This document shows positions 37,222 to 46,531 of a DNA stretch of 64,000 bases, piece after piece. Both the position numbers and the translations under genes were made by a program. Each line of letters begins with the position of its first letter. Position 1 is the stretch's first letter. Under the pieces are notes generated by a model. It saw only the letters and a program-made list of their open reading frames with translations, was not told where the DNA came from and ran no database searches. Origin of the DNA: an uncultured Rickettsiales bacterium. GTDB lineage: Bacteria; Pseudomonadota; Alphaproteobacteria; RF32; CAG-239. The DNA lies in NCBI GenBank assembly GCA_900551865.1, contig URXV01000003.1, forward strand, positions 11,079 to 75,078. Direction: 5' to 3'.

Positions 37222-37776
37222 ATGAAAAAGCAAAATAACAGATTTCGCAATAATGGTAACAATAACAACGGTTACACATTGAACTACAAATTTGACAGCG
37301 TAAGCATAGCCGGAAAAATAAGTGGTACCGCGCTGGACTTGATTCGCCGCTATAACGACCTGGCCAAAGAGGCTCAGAGCTGCGGCAATTATGTCGATAT
37401 GGAAATTTATCGCCAGTATGCCGAACACTATCGCAAAATTGTAACGGACATCAACGAGCGGCGCCAGGCACGCCAGGACGGGCAAAACCGTCAGGACGAG
37501 AAAAACCTTTCTGAGAATTCCGAAACACAGGGAACTTCAGATGTGGAAGAAGGCAATAATGGAACGTCGGCCGCGCCGGTCGAACCTGTGCCCGAAGCCA
37601 ACGGATATGTTGAAACGCTTCCCGCTCAGGAAAGTCCTGCCGCCAAAAGTTTTCAGGTGGTTGAAATCTCAGCTGAAAAAGCGGAAATTCCGGCAGAGGC
37701 AAAACCCAAACGTGTTGTCCGGCGCAGGGTTTCAGCCCCGCGCAAAACTTCAGAAAAGGCTGCGGCGGAAGGTTAG
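37222..37776 (+). CDS. DUF4167 domain protein (N/R-rich N-terminus)
   Basis: MKKQNNRFRNNGNNNNG start and YLxLA-type core. Its position next to prmC is what is seen in Alphaproteobacteria. Confidence 0.65.
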   Translation: MKKQNNRFRNNGNNNNGYTLNYKFDSVSIAGKISGTALDLIRRYNDLAKEAQSCGNYVDMEIYRQYAEHYRKIVTDINERRQARQDGQNRQDEKNLSENSETQGTSDVEEGNNGTSAAPVEPVPEANGYVETLPAQESPAAKSFQVVEISAEKAEIPAEAKPKRVVRRRVSAPRKTSEKAAAEG

Positions 37777-37813
37777 CCTGTTTTATTAAAATATGCAGAT
37801 AAGGAGAAAATAT

Positions 37814-38965
37814 ATGCCAGCAGAGCTTGCTTTTTTAATTGTCGCAGTTGCGGTAATTGCCATTACATATAAAACCTATGTCGGGTACGGGGATTACCGA
37901 TGGTATACCAAACTGGGCTTTTTTCTGTTTCTGCTGATTGGCTGGAGTGCTCCTTTTCTTGGATTTATACTGCGCCGGGCGGATTTGTCCGAAAGTTTCA
38001 TTTATTTGACCAAAGGGCTGTATTTCCTGTTTGGCTTTGTCTTTTTTCTTTTTATTATCAGTTTCATCCGCGATACGTTGTGGATGGTTATTGATTTGAT
38101 ACGCCGGGCTCCGGTTGAGGAAATGAAAAATCCGCCCTTGTTGCAAAAGGTAAATATCATTACATTTGTTTTTTGTCTGCTGTTTTGTTTTTACGGTGTA
38201 TACGAGGCTGAAAAAAATCCGGCAATTAAAACATATGACATAACATCTCCCAAAGTCAGGCAGAAAACAAAAGTCGTTATGCTGTCAGATCTGCATATTG
38301 ATGTTGACGTGTCGCCTGAAACGGTAGAGCGGCTGGTTAACCGCGTCAATACCTTAAATCCCGATGCCGTAGTTATTGTCGGAGATATCGTTGACAATAC
38401 GCCGGTTAAACTTTATAAGCAGATGCAGGAATTGAAAAAGCTGAAAGTCAAAGACCATGTTTATGTCGTTTTGGGCAATCACGAATTTTATTCAGGTGCA
38501 AGAGAGTGGGCTATGGCTTTTGCTCAGATGGGATTTGAATTTTTAAACAACTACGGTACTGCACTTGGTAATACGGGGATTTATATTGCCGGCATTCCGG
38601 ATATTAATGCAGCTAAATGGTCTAAAATGCCCATTAAAATAGAAAACGCTCTGTATAAGGCGGAAAAGGAAGACTACGTTATTATGTTGTCCCATACGCC
38701 CAAGCTTGCGGAAGGGGTAACGGCGGAAAATGTTGATTTGCAGCTTTCAGGGCATACGCACGGCGGGCAGATTTATCCGTTTCACTATTTTACGGAAATT
38801 GCCAATGACGGGGTGCTGGCCGGATTTTACAATAAAAACGGCGTTCAGATGTACGTTTCCCGCGGAACCAGATACTGGGGGCCGCCGATGCGGATTTTCG
38901 CCCCTTCGGAAATTACCGTATTTAACTTTTCTCCGGCAGGGAAAAATGACAAACCTGCTGCATAA
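37814..38965 (+). CDS. Membrane-bound metallophosphoesterase (YaeI-like)
   Basis: SDLHID, GDIVDN, GNHE and GHTHGGQ motifs, with four N-terminal TM helices. AAGGAG lies upstream of this ATG. Confidence 0.85.
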   Translation: MPAELAFLIVAVAVIAITYKTYVGYGDYRWYTKLGFFLFLLIGWSAPFLGFILRRADLSESFIYLTKGLYFLFGFVFFLFIISFIRDTLWMVIDLIRRAPVEEMKNPPLLQKVNIITFVFCLLFCFYGVYEAEKNPAIKTYDITSPKVRQKTKVVMLSDLHIDVDVSPETVERLVNRVNTLNPDAVVIVGDIVDNTPVKLYKQMQELKKLKVKDHVYVVLGNHEFYSGAREWAMAFAQMGFEFLNNYGTALGNTGIYIAGIPDINAAKWSKMPIKIENALYKAEKEDYVIMLSHTPKLAEGVTAENVDLQLSGHTHGGQIYPFHYFTEIANDGVLAGFYNKNGVQMYVSRGTRYWGPPMRIFAPSEITVFNFSPAGKNDKPAA

Positions 38966-39389
38966 GGCGTATGAAATCGCCGAAAAAGAGGACGTATCCA
39001 CGTTGCCTGACAGGGCTGTAGTATATAGTGTCAGCTATATGCCGGATTCGGAAAATAAAAAAAGAGCCGAAGACTTTGTAAAGGCAACGCCGTCCGCCCG
39101 GATGCTGGACGATACGCCCTGCGGTAAAAAGCTGATTGCGTTGGGATTGGACGGCAGGGTAGACGAAGTCGGCACCGAGATAACCGAAATATGGAAGATT
39201 GCTTCTGCCCGCTATATTGCCGCCGCTTCTGGCAGTATCAATGCGTTTGTGGACGGGGCGGACGAGCGCAGCACTTTCTGCGCGACAGAGCTGGCGGAGA
39301 TACTCAAAAATCCCCGGATTACGGAAATTAACGGGCAGGATAAGTTTGCCTTTGCCGGGGATTTCAAACCGCGGCGCTATAAAAAATAA
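38946..39389 (+). CDS. Hypothetical protein (147 aa)
   Basis: The ATG at 38946 overlaps the upstream gene end by 20 nt, and a strong terminator follows. I recognise no family. Confidence 0.4.
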   Translation: MTNLLHKAYEIAEKEDVSTLPDRAVVYSVSYMPDSENKKRAEDFVKATPSARMLDDTPCGKKLIALGLDGRVDEVGTEITEIWKIASARYIAAASGSINAFVDGADERSTFCATELAEILKNPRITEINGQDKFAFAGDFKPRRYKK

Positions 39390-39406
39390 CAACATATCTC
39401 CGGTAA

Positions 39407-39445
39407 ATCGCGTTTTTTCCAAAAGGAAAGAACGCGATATTTTTC
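39407..39445 (+). terminator. Intrinsic terminator
   Basis: ATCGCGTTTTTTCC / GGAAAGAACGCGAT stem followed by a T-run. Confidence 0.7.
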
Positions 39446-39725
39446 TTTGTAGGAATCTGATGTTGCAGCCGAAAAGACAGTCCTGACAGCAGAGAAAAAA
39501 GATACCATTTTTTTCAACGTTTTTCAAGTAAAATCTTTTATTTGTAATCAATATGTTAGGTATATGAACTTTTGGTTGTAAAAATGGTACAATTAAAATC
39601 TACAATGTAAGTATATGTGTATTATTAAAAAGGTTTTCATGGTTTTGATTTGGGGTTAGTTCTTCGGTCAGGGTTGTGCGGATTTTTTTAGTATGTATAT
39701 ACGATAAAATAAAATTTATTAACCC

Positions 39726-39792
39726 GAAACAACAGTCCCTGCGGCGTTGTTTCACGAAGGATTAGGGACAGGCCCGAACCTCGTTAAAAAAA
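39726..39792 (+). promoter_or_regulatory. Conserved two-hairpin leader element, copy A
   Basis: GAAACAAC/GTTGTTTC hairpin, then CGA(A)GG...CCTCG hairpin, then A7. It ends 9 nt before the ATG at 39802. Confidence 0.45.
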
Positions 39793-39801
39793 TCAAAAAT
39801 T

Positions 39802-40464
39802 ATGAAGATGTTATTATTAGCAATGGAGACAGGCAAAATCAGTGAAAATGATACAGTATCTTTAATCCAGACCGGACTTGAATGTAATGTACTTACGACT
39901 GACGAGTTTGTAACAAGCATGTTTGGAACGTGTGAAACAGAAGAGGAACAGTATGGGGATACCATTTTTGATACGGAGTGGGTAACCATACTTCGTCAGG
40001 GGGCTTTTCTGAAGTTTTCCGCTTCATCTCAGCTAAAGCTTTTATCATTGTTTGATCGAAGAAATTTGATTACATGTATTAGCCGCAGCTTTGACGATAT
40101 AGGAATAGCTTGTTTATCAAAAGAAGATGTCAGCTATCTGAAAGGCCTTGCCACACACTGTTTATTGGATATACTAACGATAGACTTAGTGAACGCCAAT
40201 CTGAGTAAGTTCCAAGCGTTCTCTTCCGATGACAAATTGTGTTTTATCCCTAACAAGATAAAGTGCGAAGAGACATTCAGACAAGAGTTGGATTATAAGC
40301 GAATGCTAAGTTACGGCCTATTACCGGAATTTTGCTATGATGTTACGTCTTACGGAATTCCGCTGGAATGTGCCGTGTGGTGTGAGCGATATATTCTGGA
40401 ACATGGCTTCACTGGTTGTATTAAACAGAGTCTATTAAACTGTATCAGAGAATACACCGTCTAG
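39802..40464 (+). CDS. Hypothetical Cys-rich cytoplasmic protein in an AT-rich patch
   Basis: ORF of 220 aa with about 11 Cys and no signal peptide. I recognise no family. Confidence 0.45.
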   Translation: MKMLLLAMETGKISENDTVSLIQTGLECNVLTTDEFVTSMFGTCETEEEQYGDTIFDTEWVTILRQGAFLKFSASSQLKLLSLFDRRNLITCISRSFDDIGIACLSKEDVSYLKGLATHCLLDILTIDLVNANLSKFQAFSSDDKLCFIPNKIKCEETFRQELDYKRMLSYGLLPEFCYDVTSYGIPLECAVWCERYILEHGFTGCIKQSLLNCIREYTV

Positions 40465-40472
40465 TCTGACAA

Positions 40473-40516
40473 ATACCCCGCCGGCTCAAAAGCTGTGCGG
40501 GGTATCCGTTTTTTTA
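40473..40516. terminator. Bidirectional intrinsic terminator
   Basis: ATACCCCGC / GCGGGGTAT stem. T7 follows on the plus strand, and TTTGT follows on the minus strand. Confidence 0.7.
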
Positions 40517-40529
40517 GGCAGAATTAAAA

Positions 40530-42119
40530 CTAGAAAACCTGCTCCCGCGTCGTCTTCAGGTCAACCGCCGGAAAATCCTCTTTCACTTTGTTCAAATGCC
40601 AGGCGTTCCGTGCCAGAAAGACCGTCTCGCCGTCATGATCCTGCGCAATGTTTGCCTGATTGGCGTCAACAAATTTAGCCAGCGCATTTTTGTCGGCAGA
40701 GGAAATCCAGCGCGCCGTGTAATACTGTGTCGGTTCAAATGCAACCGGGATGTTGAATTCGGTGCGGATACGGTCGGCCATAACTTCAAATTGCAACACG
40801 CCGACAACCCCGACAATCCATTCCGAACCGATAACCGGCTTAAACACGCTGGCACCGCCCTCTTCGGCAATCTGCTGCAACGCGTTGCCTAAATGCTTTG
40901 ATTTCAGCGGATCAAGCGCCCGCACCGATTTCAGCAGTTCCGGCGCAAAACTCGGAATACCGGTAAAATGCAGCTTTTCCCCCTCGGTCAGCGTATCGCC
41001 GATGCGCAGCTGGCCGTGGTTGGGTATGCCGATAATGTCCCCGGCGTAAGCGTCTTCGGCCAGTTCCCGTTCCTGAGCCAGGAACATCACCGGCGTCGGC
41101 ACCTTGACAGGTTTGCCCGTACGTATCTGCATCAGGCTCATACCGCGTTTAAAGTGTCCGGAACACAAACGCATAAACGCGATTCTGTCCCGGTGTTTCG
41201 GATCCATATTGGCCTGAATTTTGAAAATAAATCCCGTTACCTTTTTCTCGTCGGCACTGACTTCGCGTTCCGCCGCCGGCTGCGGCCGGGGGGAGGGAGC
41301 CAGATTGTGCAGGCCTTCCAAAACTTCCTTAACCCCGAAATTGTTGATGGCGCTGCCGAAGAAAACCGGGGTCAGCGCACCGGCAAGATACAGTTCCAGA
41401 TCAAATTGCGGACAGAGTTCCTTAACCATCATAACGTCCTCGCGCAGTTTGGCAACCGCGTGCGCCGGCAGAAGCTCGTCAAGTTTCGGGTCATCTAACC
41501 CCTTACAGGTTTCAATCACACTGTTAACCTGTCCCTTGTTGCCGGTTTTGTTCATCAAAATAAGCTGGTCGTTCAAAAGGTCGTAGCAGCCGAGAAAATC
41601 CTTGCCGCTGCCAATGGGCCAGCTTGCCGGGCAGACGTCAAGCGCCAGCGTCTTTTCAATGTCGTCCAGCAGCAGGAACGGGTCTTGTCCCTCGCGGTCC
41701 ATTTTGTTGATGAACGTAATAATCGGAATATTTCTGAGGCGGCAAACCTCAAACAGCTTTTTGGTCTGCGCTTCAATGCCTTTTGCCGAGTCTATGACCA
41801 TAACCGCCGAGTCTACGGCCGTCAGAACCCGGTATGTGTCTTCGGAGAAGTCTTCGTGTCCCGGCGTGTCCAGCAGGTTAAAGGTAATGTTGTTATATTC
41901 AAAAGTCATCACCGACGACGCGACCGAAATGCCGCGTTCCTGTTCCACTTTCATCCAGTCGGAACGGGCTCTCCGGTTCTCTCCGCGCGCTTTGACCGCG
42001 CCGGCCTGTTGAATGGCACCGCCGAACAGCAGCAGCTTTTCGGTCAGGGTAGTCTTACCGGCGTCCGGGTGTGAAATAATCGCAAACGTTTTTCTTTTGT
42101 TGACAGTATTCTCTGACAT
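40530..42119 (-). CDS. prfC: Peptide chain release factor 3
   Basis: GTPase motifs AIISHPDAGKTT, DTPGH and NKMD. The sequence is RF3-like throughout its length. Confidence 0.95.
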   Translation of the reverse strand: MSENTVNKRKTFAIISHPDAGKTTLTEKLLLFGGAIQQAGAVKARGENRRARSDWMKVEQERGISVASSVMTFEYNNITFNLLDTPGHEDFSEDTYRVLTAVDSAVMVIDSAKGIEAQTKKLFEVCRLRNIPIITFINKMDREGQDPFLLLDDIEKTLALDVCPASWPIGSGKDFLGCYDLLNDQLILMNKTGNKGQVNSVIETCKGLDDPKLDELLPAHAVAKLREDVMMVKELCPQFDLELYLAGALTPVFFGSAINNFGVKEVLEGLHNLAPSPRPQPAAEREVSADEKKVTGFIFKIQANMDPKHRDRIAFMRLCSGHFKRGMSLMQIRTGKPVKVPTPVMFLAQERELAEDAYAGDIIGIPNHGQLRIGDTLTEGEKLHFTGIPSFAPELLKSVRALDPLKSKHLGNALQQIAEEGGASVFKPVIGSEWIVGVVGVLQFEVMADRIRTEFNIPVAFEPTQYYTARWISSADKNALAKFVDANQANIAQDHDGETVFLARNAWHLNKVKEDFPAVDLKTTREQVF

Positions 42120-42318
42120 TGTTTTTTCTCTGTAAAATTACTTTTGTCCGTTACATGCGTAAACGGGGATAAATATGTAAGATAACTCTTTCTTGCCGCA
42201 AACCTAAGCGGTGAGCAAAACTCATGCGCATATTAACAAATAAATTGCAATATGCAAGCCAAAAATGTCTTCGTTATTGTTTCGGACGGGAAAAGCCGGA
42301 AAACTCGCAAAAAAATGC

Positions 42319-42346
42319 TTGACTCTTACAATTTATTCCCTAATAT
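42319..42346 (+). promoter_or_regulatory. Sigma70-like promoter candidate upstream of ffh
   Basis: TTGACT-N16-TAATAT. Confidence 0.5.
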
Positions 42347-42387
42347 CCATCTAGGTTTTGATAACAAAATAACACTCCACGGAGTGC

Positions 42388-42428
42388 CGTCAGTCAGCGA
42401 GGGTTCGCACACTGGCGCAATTTTTTTT
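42388..42428 (+). terminator. Terminator/attenuator-like hairpin plus T8 inside the ffh leader
   Basis: CGTCAGT..GCGA-GGGT-TCGC..ACTGGCG, then CAA and T8. It ends 35 nt before the ffh ATG. Confidence 0.5.
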
Positions 42429-42463
42429 ATCATAACGGATAATATTAAAGAATAGGAAATTTA

Positions 42464-43861
42464 ATGTTTGACGCACTGACAGCCAAATTGAGCGGAATTT
42501 TCACCAGGCTCGGTTCCCGCGGTATCCTGAAAGAGAAGGATATTGAAGACGGGCTGCGCGAGATTCGTCTTGCTTTGCTGGAAGCAGACGTGTCGCTTCC
42601 GGTCGTCCGGGAGTTTATGGTCCGCGTTAAGGAAAAGGCTCTGGGCGAAACGGTTATCAAAGCTGTCCGCCCGGATCAGCAGCTTGTCAAAATCGTTTAT
42701 GACGAGCTGGTGGAACTGCTCGGTGCCGAAAACAATGAACTGAATTTCAAGGCCGTGCCGCCTGCCGTTATTCTGATGGTCGGGCTGCAGGGTTCCGGCA
42801 AGACCACGACTTCGGCCAAGATTGCCTTAAGGCTCAAAAAGAACAAGCGCGTTCTGCTTGCCTCATTGGACGTTTACCGTCCGGCGGCGCAGGAACAGCT
42901 GGCGCAGCTCGGTGCTCAAATTGGCGTAGACGTTTTGCCGGTAGTTGCCGGCGAGAAGCCGCTGGAAATTACCCGCCGCGCCATATCGGTCGGGCAGAAA
43001 GGGCTGTATGACGTTCTGATTCTTGATACCGCCGGCCGTTTGCAGATTGACGAAACGCTGATGGACGAAGTCGCCGCGGTCAAAAAGCTGGCGCAGCCGA
43101 CCGAAACGCTTCTGGTTGCCGATGCCCTTATCGGTCAGGAAGCCTGCAACGTCGCCAGAGAGTTTAATGAAAAAGTCGGCGTTACCGGTTTGGTGCTGAC
43201 GCGTATTGACGGTTCGTCGCGTGCCGGTGCCGCGCTGTCTATGAAAATGGTGTCGGGCGCGCCGCTGAAATTCCTCGGAACCGGCGAAAAGCTGGAGGAT
43301 ATCGAAGAGTTTCACGCTGACCGTCTGGCCGGGCGCATCTTGGACAAAGGCGACGTCGTCAGTCTGGTAGAAAAGGCGGTGGAAAACATTGACCGCGAAG
43401 AAACCGAAGCGATGGCTAAAAAGATGCTGAAAGGCAAGTTTGATTTGGACGATATGCTGAATCAAATCCGCCAGATGCAGAAGCTCGGTTCCATGTCAAG
43501 CATTATGGGAATGCTGCCCGGTTTGGGAAAATATAAGGAACAGATAGAAGCGGCTAATGCCGATTCGCTGGTCAGAAAACAGGAGGCGATAATCCTCTCT
43601 ATGACCAGGGGCGAACGCCGCAATCCTGATATTATCAAGGCATCGCGCAAAAAGAGGATTGCCGCCGGTGCCGGTGTAGAAGTTCATGAAGTTAACAAGT
43701 TGCTTAAATCCTATGAGCAAATGTCAACTATGATGAAGAGAATGGGAAAGATGGGCGGCCTCGGCTCGCTCGCTTCCCGTTTTGGCAAAAACAGTCCGTT
43801 TGGGGGCGGTTCCTTCGGGAACAATCCTTTTGGCGGATTTAACAACAAATTTCCGTTTTAA
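42464..43861 (+). CDS. ffh: Signal recognition particle protein
   Basis: The NG domain carries GLQGSGKTTT, DTAGR and TRIDG motifs, followed by a Met-rich M domain. Confidence 0.97.
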   Translation: MFDALTAKLSGIFTRLGSRGILKEKDIEDGLREIRLALLEADVSLPVVREFMVRVKEKALGETVIKAVRPDQQLVKIVYDELVELLGAENNELNFKAVPPAVILMVGLQGSGKTTTSAKIALRLKKNKRVLLASLDVYRPAAQEQLAQLGAQIGVDVLPVVAGEKPLEITRRAISVGQKGLYDVLILDTAGRLQIDETLMDEVAAVKKLAQPTETLLVADALIGQEACNVAREFNEKVGVTGLVLTRIDGSSRAGAALSMKMVSGAPLKFLGTGEKLEDIEEFHADRLAGRILDKGDVVSLVEKAVENIDREETEAMAKKMLKGKFDLDDMLNQIRQMQKLGSMSSIMGMLPGLGKYKEQIEAANADSLVRKQEAIILSMTRGERRNPDIIKASRKKRIAAGAGVEVHEVNKLLKSYEQMSTMMKRMGKMGGLGSLASRFGKNSPFGGGSFGNNPFGGFNNKFPF

Positions 43862-43901
43862 GCGGAAGGAACGAAACAAATAATAACTGGAAAGGAAAAA
43901 A

Positions 43902-44324
43902 ATGACAGTTCGTATTAGACTTTCTCGCGGTGGATCGAAAAAGCACCCTTACTATCGCGTTGTAGCTGCCGATCAGAGAGCTCCTCGTGACGGTAGATTT
44001 ATTGAAAAGCTGGGTTCTTATAATCCGCTGCTGCCGCAGGACCATCAGGAAAGACTGGTTCTGGATGTTGAAAAGGTAAAATCTTGGATTGCCAAAGGGG
44101 CACAGCCGACCGAAAGGCTGCAAAAGCTGTTTGCCAACCTGGGCATCTGCGAGGCTCCGAAAATTCACAGCCAGCCCAAGAAGTCCGCTCCGAAGGCGAA
44201 AGCTCTGGAGAGAATTAAGGAAAAGGAAGAAAAGGCAAAAGCTGCTGCTGAAGCTGCCGCCGCTGCTGCGGCCGAGGCTGCCGCTGCCGCCGAAGCTCCG
44301 GCTGAAACGTCTGCTGAAGCCTAA
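43902..44324 (+). CDS. rpsP: 30S ribosomal protein S16 with Ala/Glu/Lys-rich C-terminal extension
   Basis: [24 protein letters not shown] is the canonical S16 start. Confidence 0.95.
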   Translation: MTVRIRLSRGGSKKHPYYRVVAADQRAPRDGRFIEKLGSYNPLLPQDHQERLVLDVEKVKSWIAKGAQPTERLQKLFANLGICEAPKIHSQPKKSAPKAKALERIKEKEEKAKAAAEAAAAAAAEAAAAAEAPAETSAEA

Positions 44325-44370
44325 GCTTTTTCTCTTTATAAATTAAGTTTATGTTGCGATTGGTAATTTG

Positions 44371-44907
44371 ATGAGCGAAAAAAGGGTTTGTTTGGGCAAA
44401 ATTGTCGGCGTCCACGGCATCAGGGGCGAGGTCAAGGTCAAGAGCTATACGGCTGTTGACAAGGATATTGCCGCTTATGGCGATTTGGAAGACAAAGCTG
44501 CCGGAAAGCGTTTTTCGCTGAAAGTTACCGGACATTCAAAAGATTTGCTCCGAATAAAAATCAGGGGGATTGACGACCGCACTGCGGCGGAAACCCTTGT
44601 CGGAACCGAGCTTTATGCCCCCCGCGGCGTCCTTCCGGAATTAAAGGCGGAAGAGGTTTATTACGAAGCGGATTTGGTCGGTATGAAAGTGCTCGACGCT
44701 GAAAAGGCCGAAGTTGCCGAAGTTGTCGGCTTTTATAATTTCGGCGCCGGAGATATTTTGGAAATCCGGCTCAAGAGCGGGCGTTCCGAAATGCTGCCTT
44801 TTAACAAAGGCTATGTGCCGGAGATAAATCTTGACGAAGGCTATATTATTGTGGCGTCAACCGGAATGGTGTTCTTGGAAGACGGCGAGGATTCCGAAGA
44901 ATGCTGA
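44371..44907 (+). CDS. rimM: Ribosome maturation factor RimM
   Basis: LGKIVGVHGIRGEVKV motif and a PRC-barrel C-terminus. It sits in the rpsP-rimM-trmD-rplS order. Confidence 0.9.
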   Translation: MSEKRVCLGKIVGVHGIRGEVKVKSYTAVDKDIAAYGDLEDKAAGKRFSLKVTGHSKDLLRIKIRGIDDRTAAETLVGTELYAPRGVLPELKAEEVYYEADLVGMKVLDAEKAEVAEVVGFYNFGAGDILEIRLKSGRSEMLPFNKGYVPEINLDEGYIIVASTGMVFLEDGEDSEEC

Positions 44908-45593
44908 ATGTAACGGTTCTGACTGTTTTTCCCGAATTGTTTCCGGGGTTTCTCGGATACTCTCTGACAGGAAAAGCATTGGAAGAGCAAAAGTGGCAGC
45001 TGCAGGCCGTCAACATCCGCGACTATGCGTTTGACCGTCATAAGTCCGTGGACGACACGCCGTGCGGCGGCGGTGCGGGAATGATTATGCGCCCTGATGT
45101 TCTGGGACGTGCAATAGAAGCCAATCATACCCGGGGGCGGATTATTTATATGAGTCCTAAAGGTCGCCCGCTGACGCAAAAGCTGGCGCACGAGCTCTCT
45201 CTCGAAGAAGAACTGACGATTGTCTGCGGACGTTTTGAAGGCATTGACGAGCGCGTCATTGAAGCCTACAACGTCGAGGAGATAAGCATCGGCGATTACA
45301 TTCTGACCGGAGGCGAACAGGCCGCCCAGATAATGCTGGACGCAGTCGTCAGGCTGCTGCCGGGCGTTTTGGGAAACGAGGCTTCTCTTGAAGATGAAAG
45401 TTTTGAGGACTTTCTTTTGGAATACCCCCAGTATACCCGTCCGACGGAATGGGAGGGGCGCAGTGTTCCTGAAGTCCTGCTGTCCGGACATCACCGGAAG
45501 ATAGCCGACTGGCGCCGCGAACAGGCCGAAATCGCAACCAAGGCCAAACGCCCTGACTTATTTAAGAAATATCTTGATTCTAAAAATAGTTAG
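44901..45593 (+). CDS. trmD: tRNA (guanine37-N1)-methyltransferase
   Basis: DDTPCGGGAGM, CGRFEGIDERV and SIGDYILTGGE motifs. It overlaps rimM by 7 nt. Confidence 0.95.
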   Translation: MLNVTVLTVFPELFPGFLGYSLTGKALEEQKWQLQAVNIRDYAFDRHKSVDDTPCGGGAGMIMRPDVLGRAIEANHTRGRIIYMSPKGRPLTQKLAHELSLEEELTIVCGRFEGIDERVIEAYNVEEISIGDYILTGGEQAAQIMLDAVVRLLPGVLGNEASLEDESFEDFLLEYPQYTRPTEWEGRSVPEVLLSGHHRKIADWRREQAEIATKAKRPDLFKKYLDSKNS

Positions 45594-45632
45594 GTGTATA
45601 AAGTTAAAAAATTTTATAAAAAGGTAAAACTG

Positions 45633-46019
45633 ATGAACATTTTAGAAAATATTGAACAAGAGCAAGTAGCCAAATTGACTGAAGGCAAGAACATTCCTGA
45701 CTTCAAGGCCGGCGACACCCTTAAGGTTCACACCAAGGTAAAGGAAGGCGACCGCGAGCGTATTCAGATTTATGAAGGCGTCTGCATTGCCCGTAAGAAT
45801 GATGGTTTGAATTCTTCTTTCACTGTTCGCAAAATTTCTTTCGGCGAAGGCGTAGAACGCGTGTTCCCGCTGTATTCTCCGAATGTTGCGAAGATTGAAG
45901 TAACCCGTATCGGTAAGGTAAGAAGAGCCAAATTGTACTTCCTGCGTGCCCTGCGCGGCCGTTCTGCCCGTATTGCCGACGACTTGTCTGCACAGGCCAA
46001 GGCAAAGAACGCCGAATAA
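45633..46019 (+). CDS. rplS: 50S ribosomal protein L19
   Basis: [26 protein letters not shown] is the canonical L19 sequence. Confidence 0.95.
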   Translation: MNILENIEQEQVAKLTEGKNIPDFKAGDTLKVHTKVKEGDRERIQIYEGVCIARKNDGLNSSFTVRKISFGEGVERVFPLYSPNVAKIEVTRIGKVRRAKLYFLRALRGRSARIADDLSAQAKAKNAE

Positions 46020-46040
46020 GGCTTTGCTCATAGGTAAACA

Positions 46041-46071
46041 AAAACCCCGCTGTCTTCAGGCGGGGTTTTTT
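46041..46071 (+). terminator. Intrinsic terminator after rplS
   Basis: AAAACCCCGC / GCGGGGTTTT stem followed by a T-run. Confidence 0.8.
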
Positions 46072-46076
46072 GTGCC

Positions 46077-46109
46077 AAAAAGCCCCATACGTTTTACGCG
46101 GGGCTTTTT
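46077..46109. terminator. Second hairpin, likely the terminator of the convergent minus-strand gene
   Basis: AAAAAGCCCC / GGGGCTTTTT stem. Confidence 0.55.
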
Positions 46110-46155
46110 AATGGTAAATGAAAAGCATTCAGACAGTCTGAACGCCGGAACAAAA

Positions 46156-46440
46156 TCAACCGACGAATTTTTCGATTAAAAGCCTGGTTGCTTTTCTTGA
46201 GATCGGAGCCTTCTCCACAGCATAGAGCAGAAGTTCCCGATTACCGAGTTTAACCAGTTCGCATTGTGCCTCTTCCGACAGATTGTAGGTCGCAATGTAA
46301 AGCTTAATCAGAACGGCGTCACCGCGGCTGATAAGCGCAATCTGAGCCGGAATGCACAGCCAGGTATGCTCCAGAAATGATTTCAATTCGTTGACATCGG
46401 CCGTTTTCGCCAAATTGGTTTCAAATGTTTCGTCTGACAT
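46156..46440 (-). CDS. Hypothetical protein (94 aa)
   Basis: ORF only, with no clear SD. I recognise no family. Confidence 0.3.
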   Translation of the reverse strand: MSDETFETNLAKTADVNELKSFLEHTWLCIPAQIALISRGDAVLIKLYIATYNLSEEAQCELVKLGNRELLLYAVEKAPISRKATRLLIEKFVG

Positions 46441-46531
46441 AATCAATAAACTTTAAGTGATACAATAATCTGTTAATAATTATAAAAACCTGTAAAACAA
46501 TATCTGAAATTTAATAGCTGATATTCAAAAT

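Noticed and set aside
38730-38945. Upstream extension of the 38946-39389 ORF (the track start at 38730).
   Set aside because: The extension lies wholly within the metallophosphoesterase coding frame region (GHTHGGQ motif). The ATG at 38946 gives a compact 20-nt overlap instead.
42252-42455. 67-aa ORF in the prfC-ffh intergenic region.
   Set aside because: It spans a good promoter and a hairpin plus T8 terminator, and I see no SD. It is better explained as a regulatory or small-RNA region.
42120-42463. Possibility that the structured RNA upstream of ffh is the 4.5S/SRP RNA.
   Set aside because: The conserved SRP domain IV features (GGAA / AGCA symmetric-loop motifs in a long helix) are not present in this stretch.
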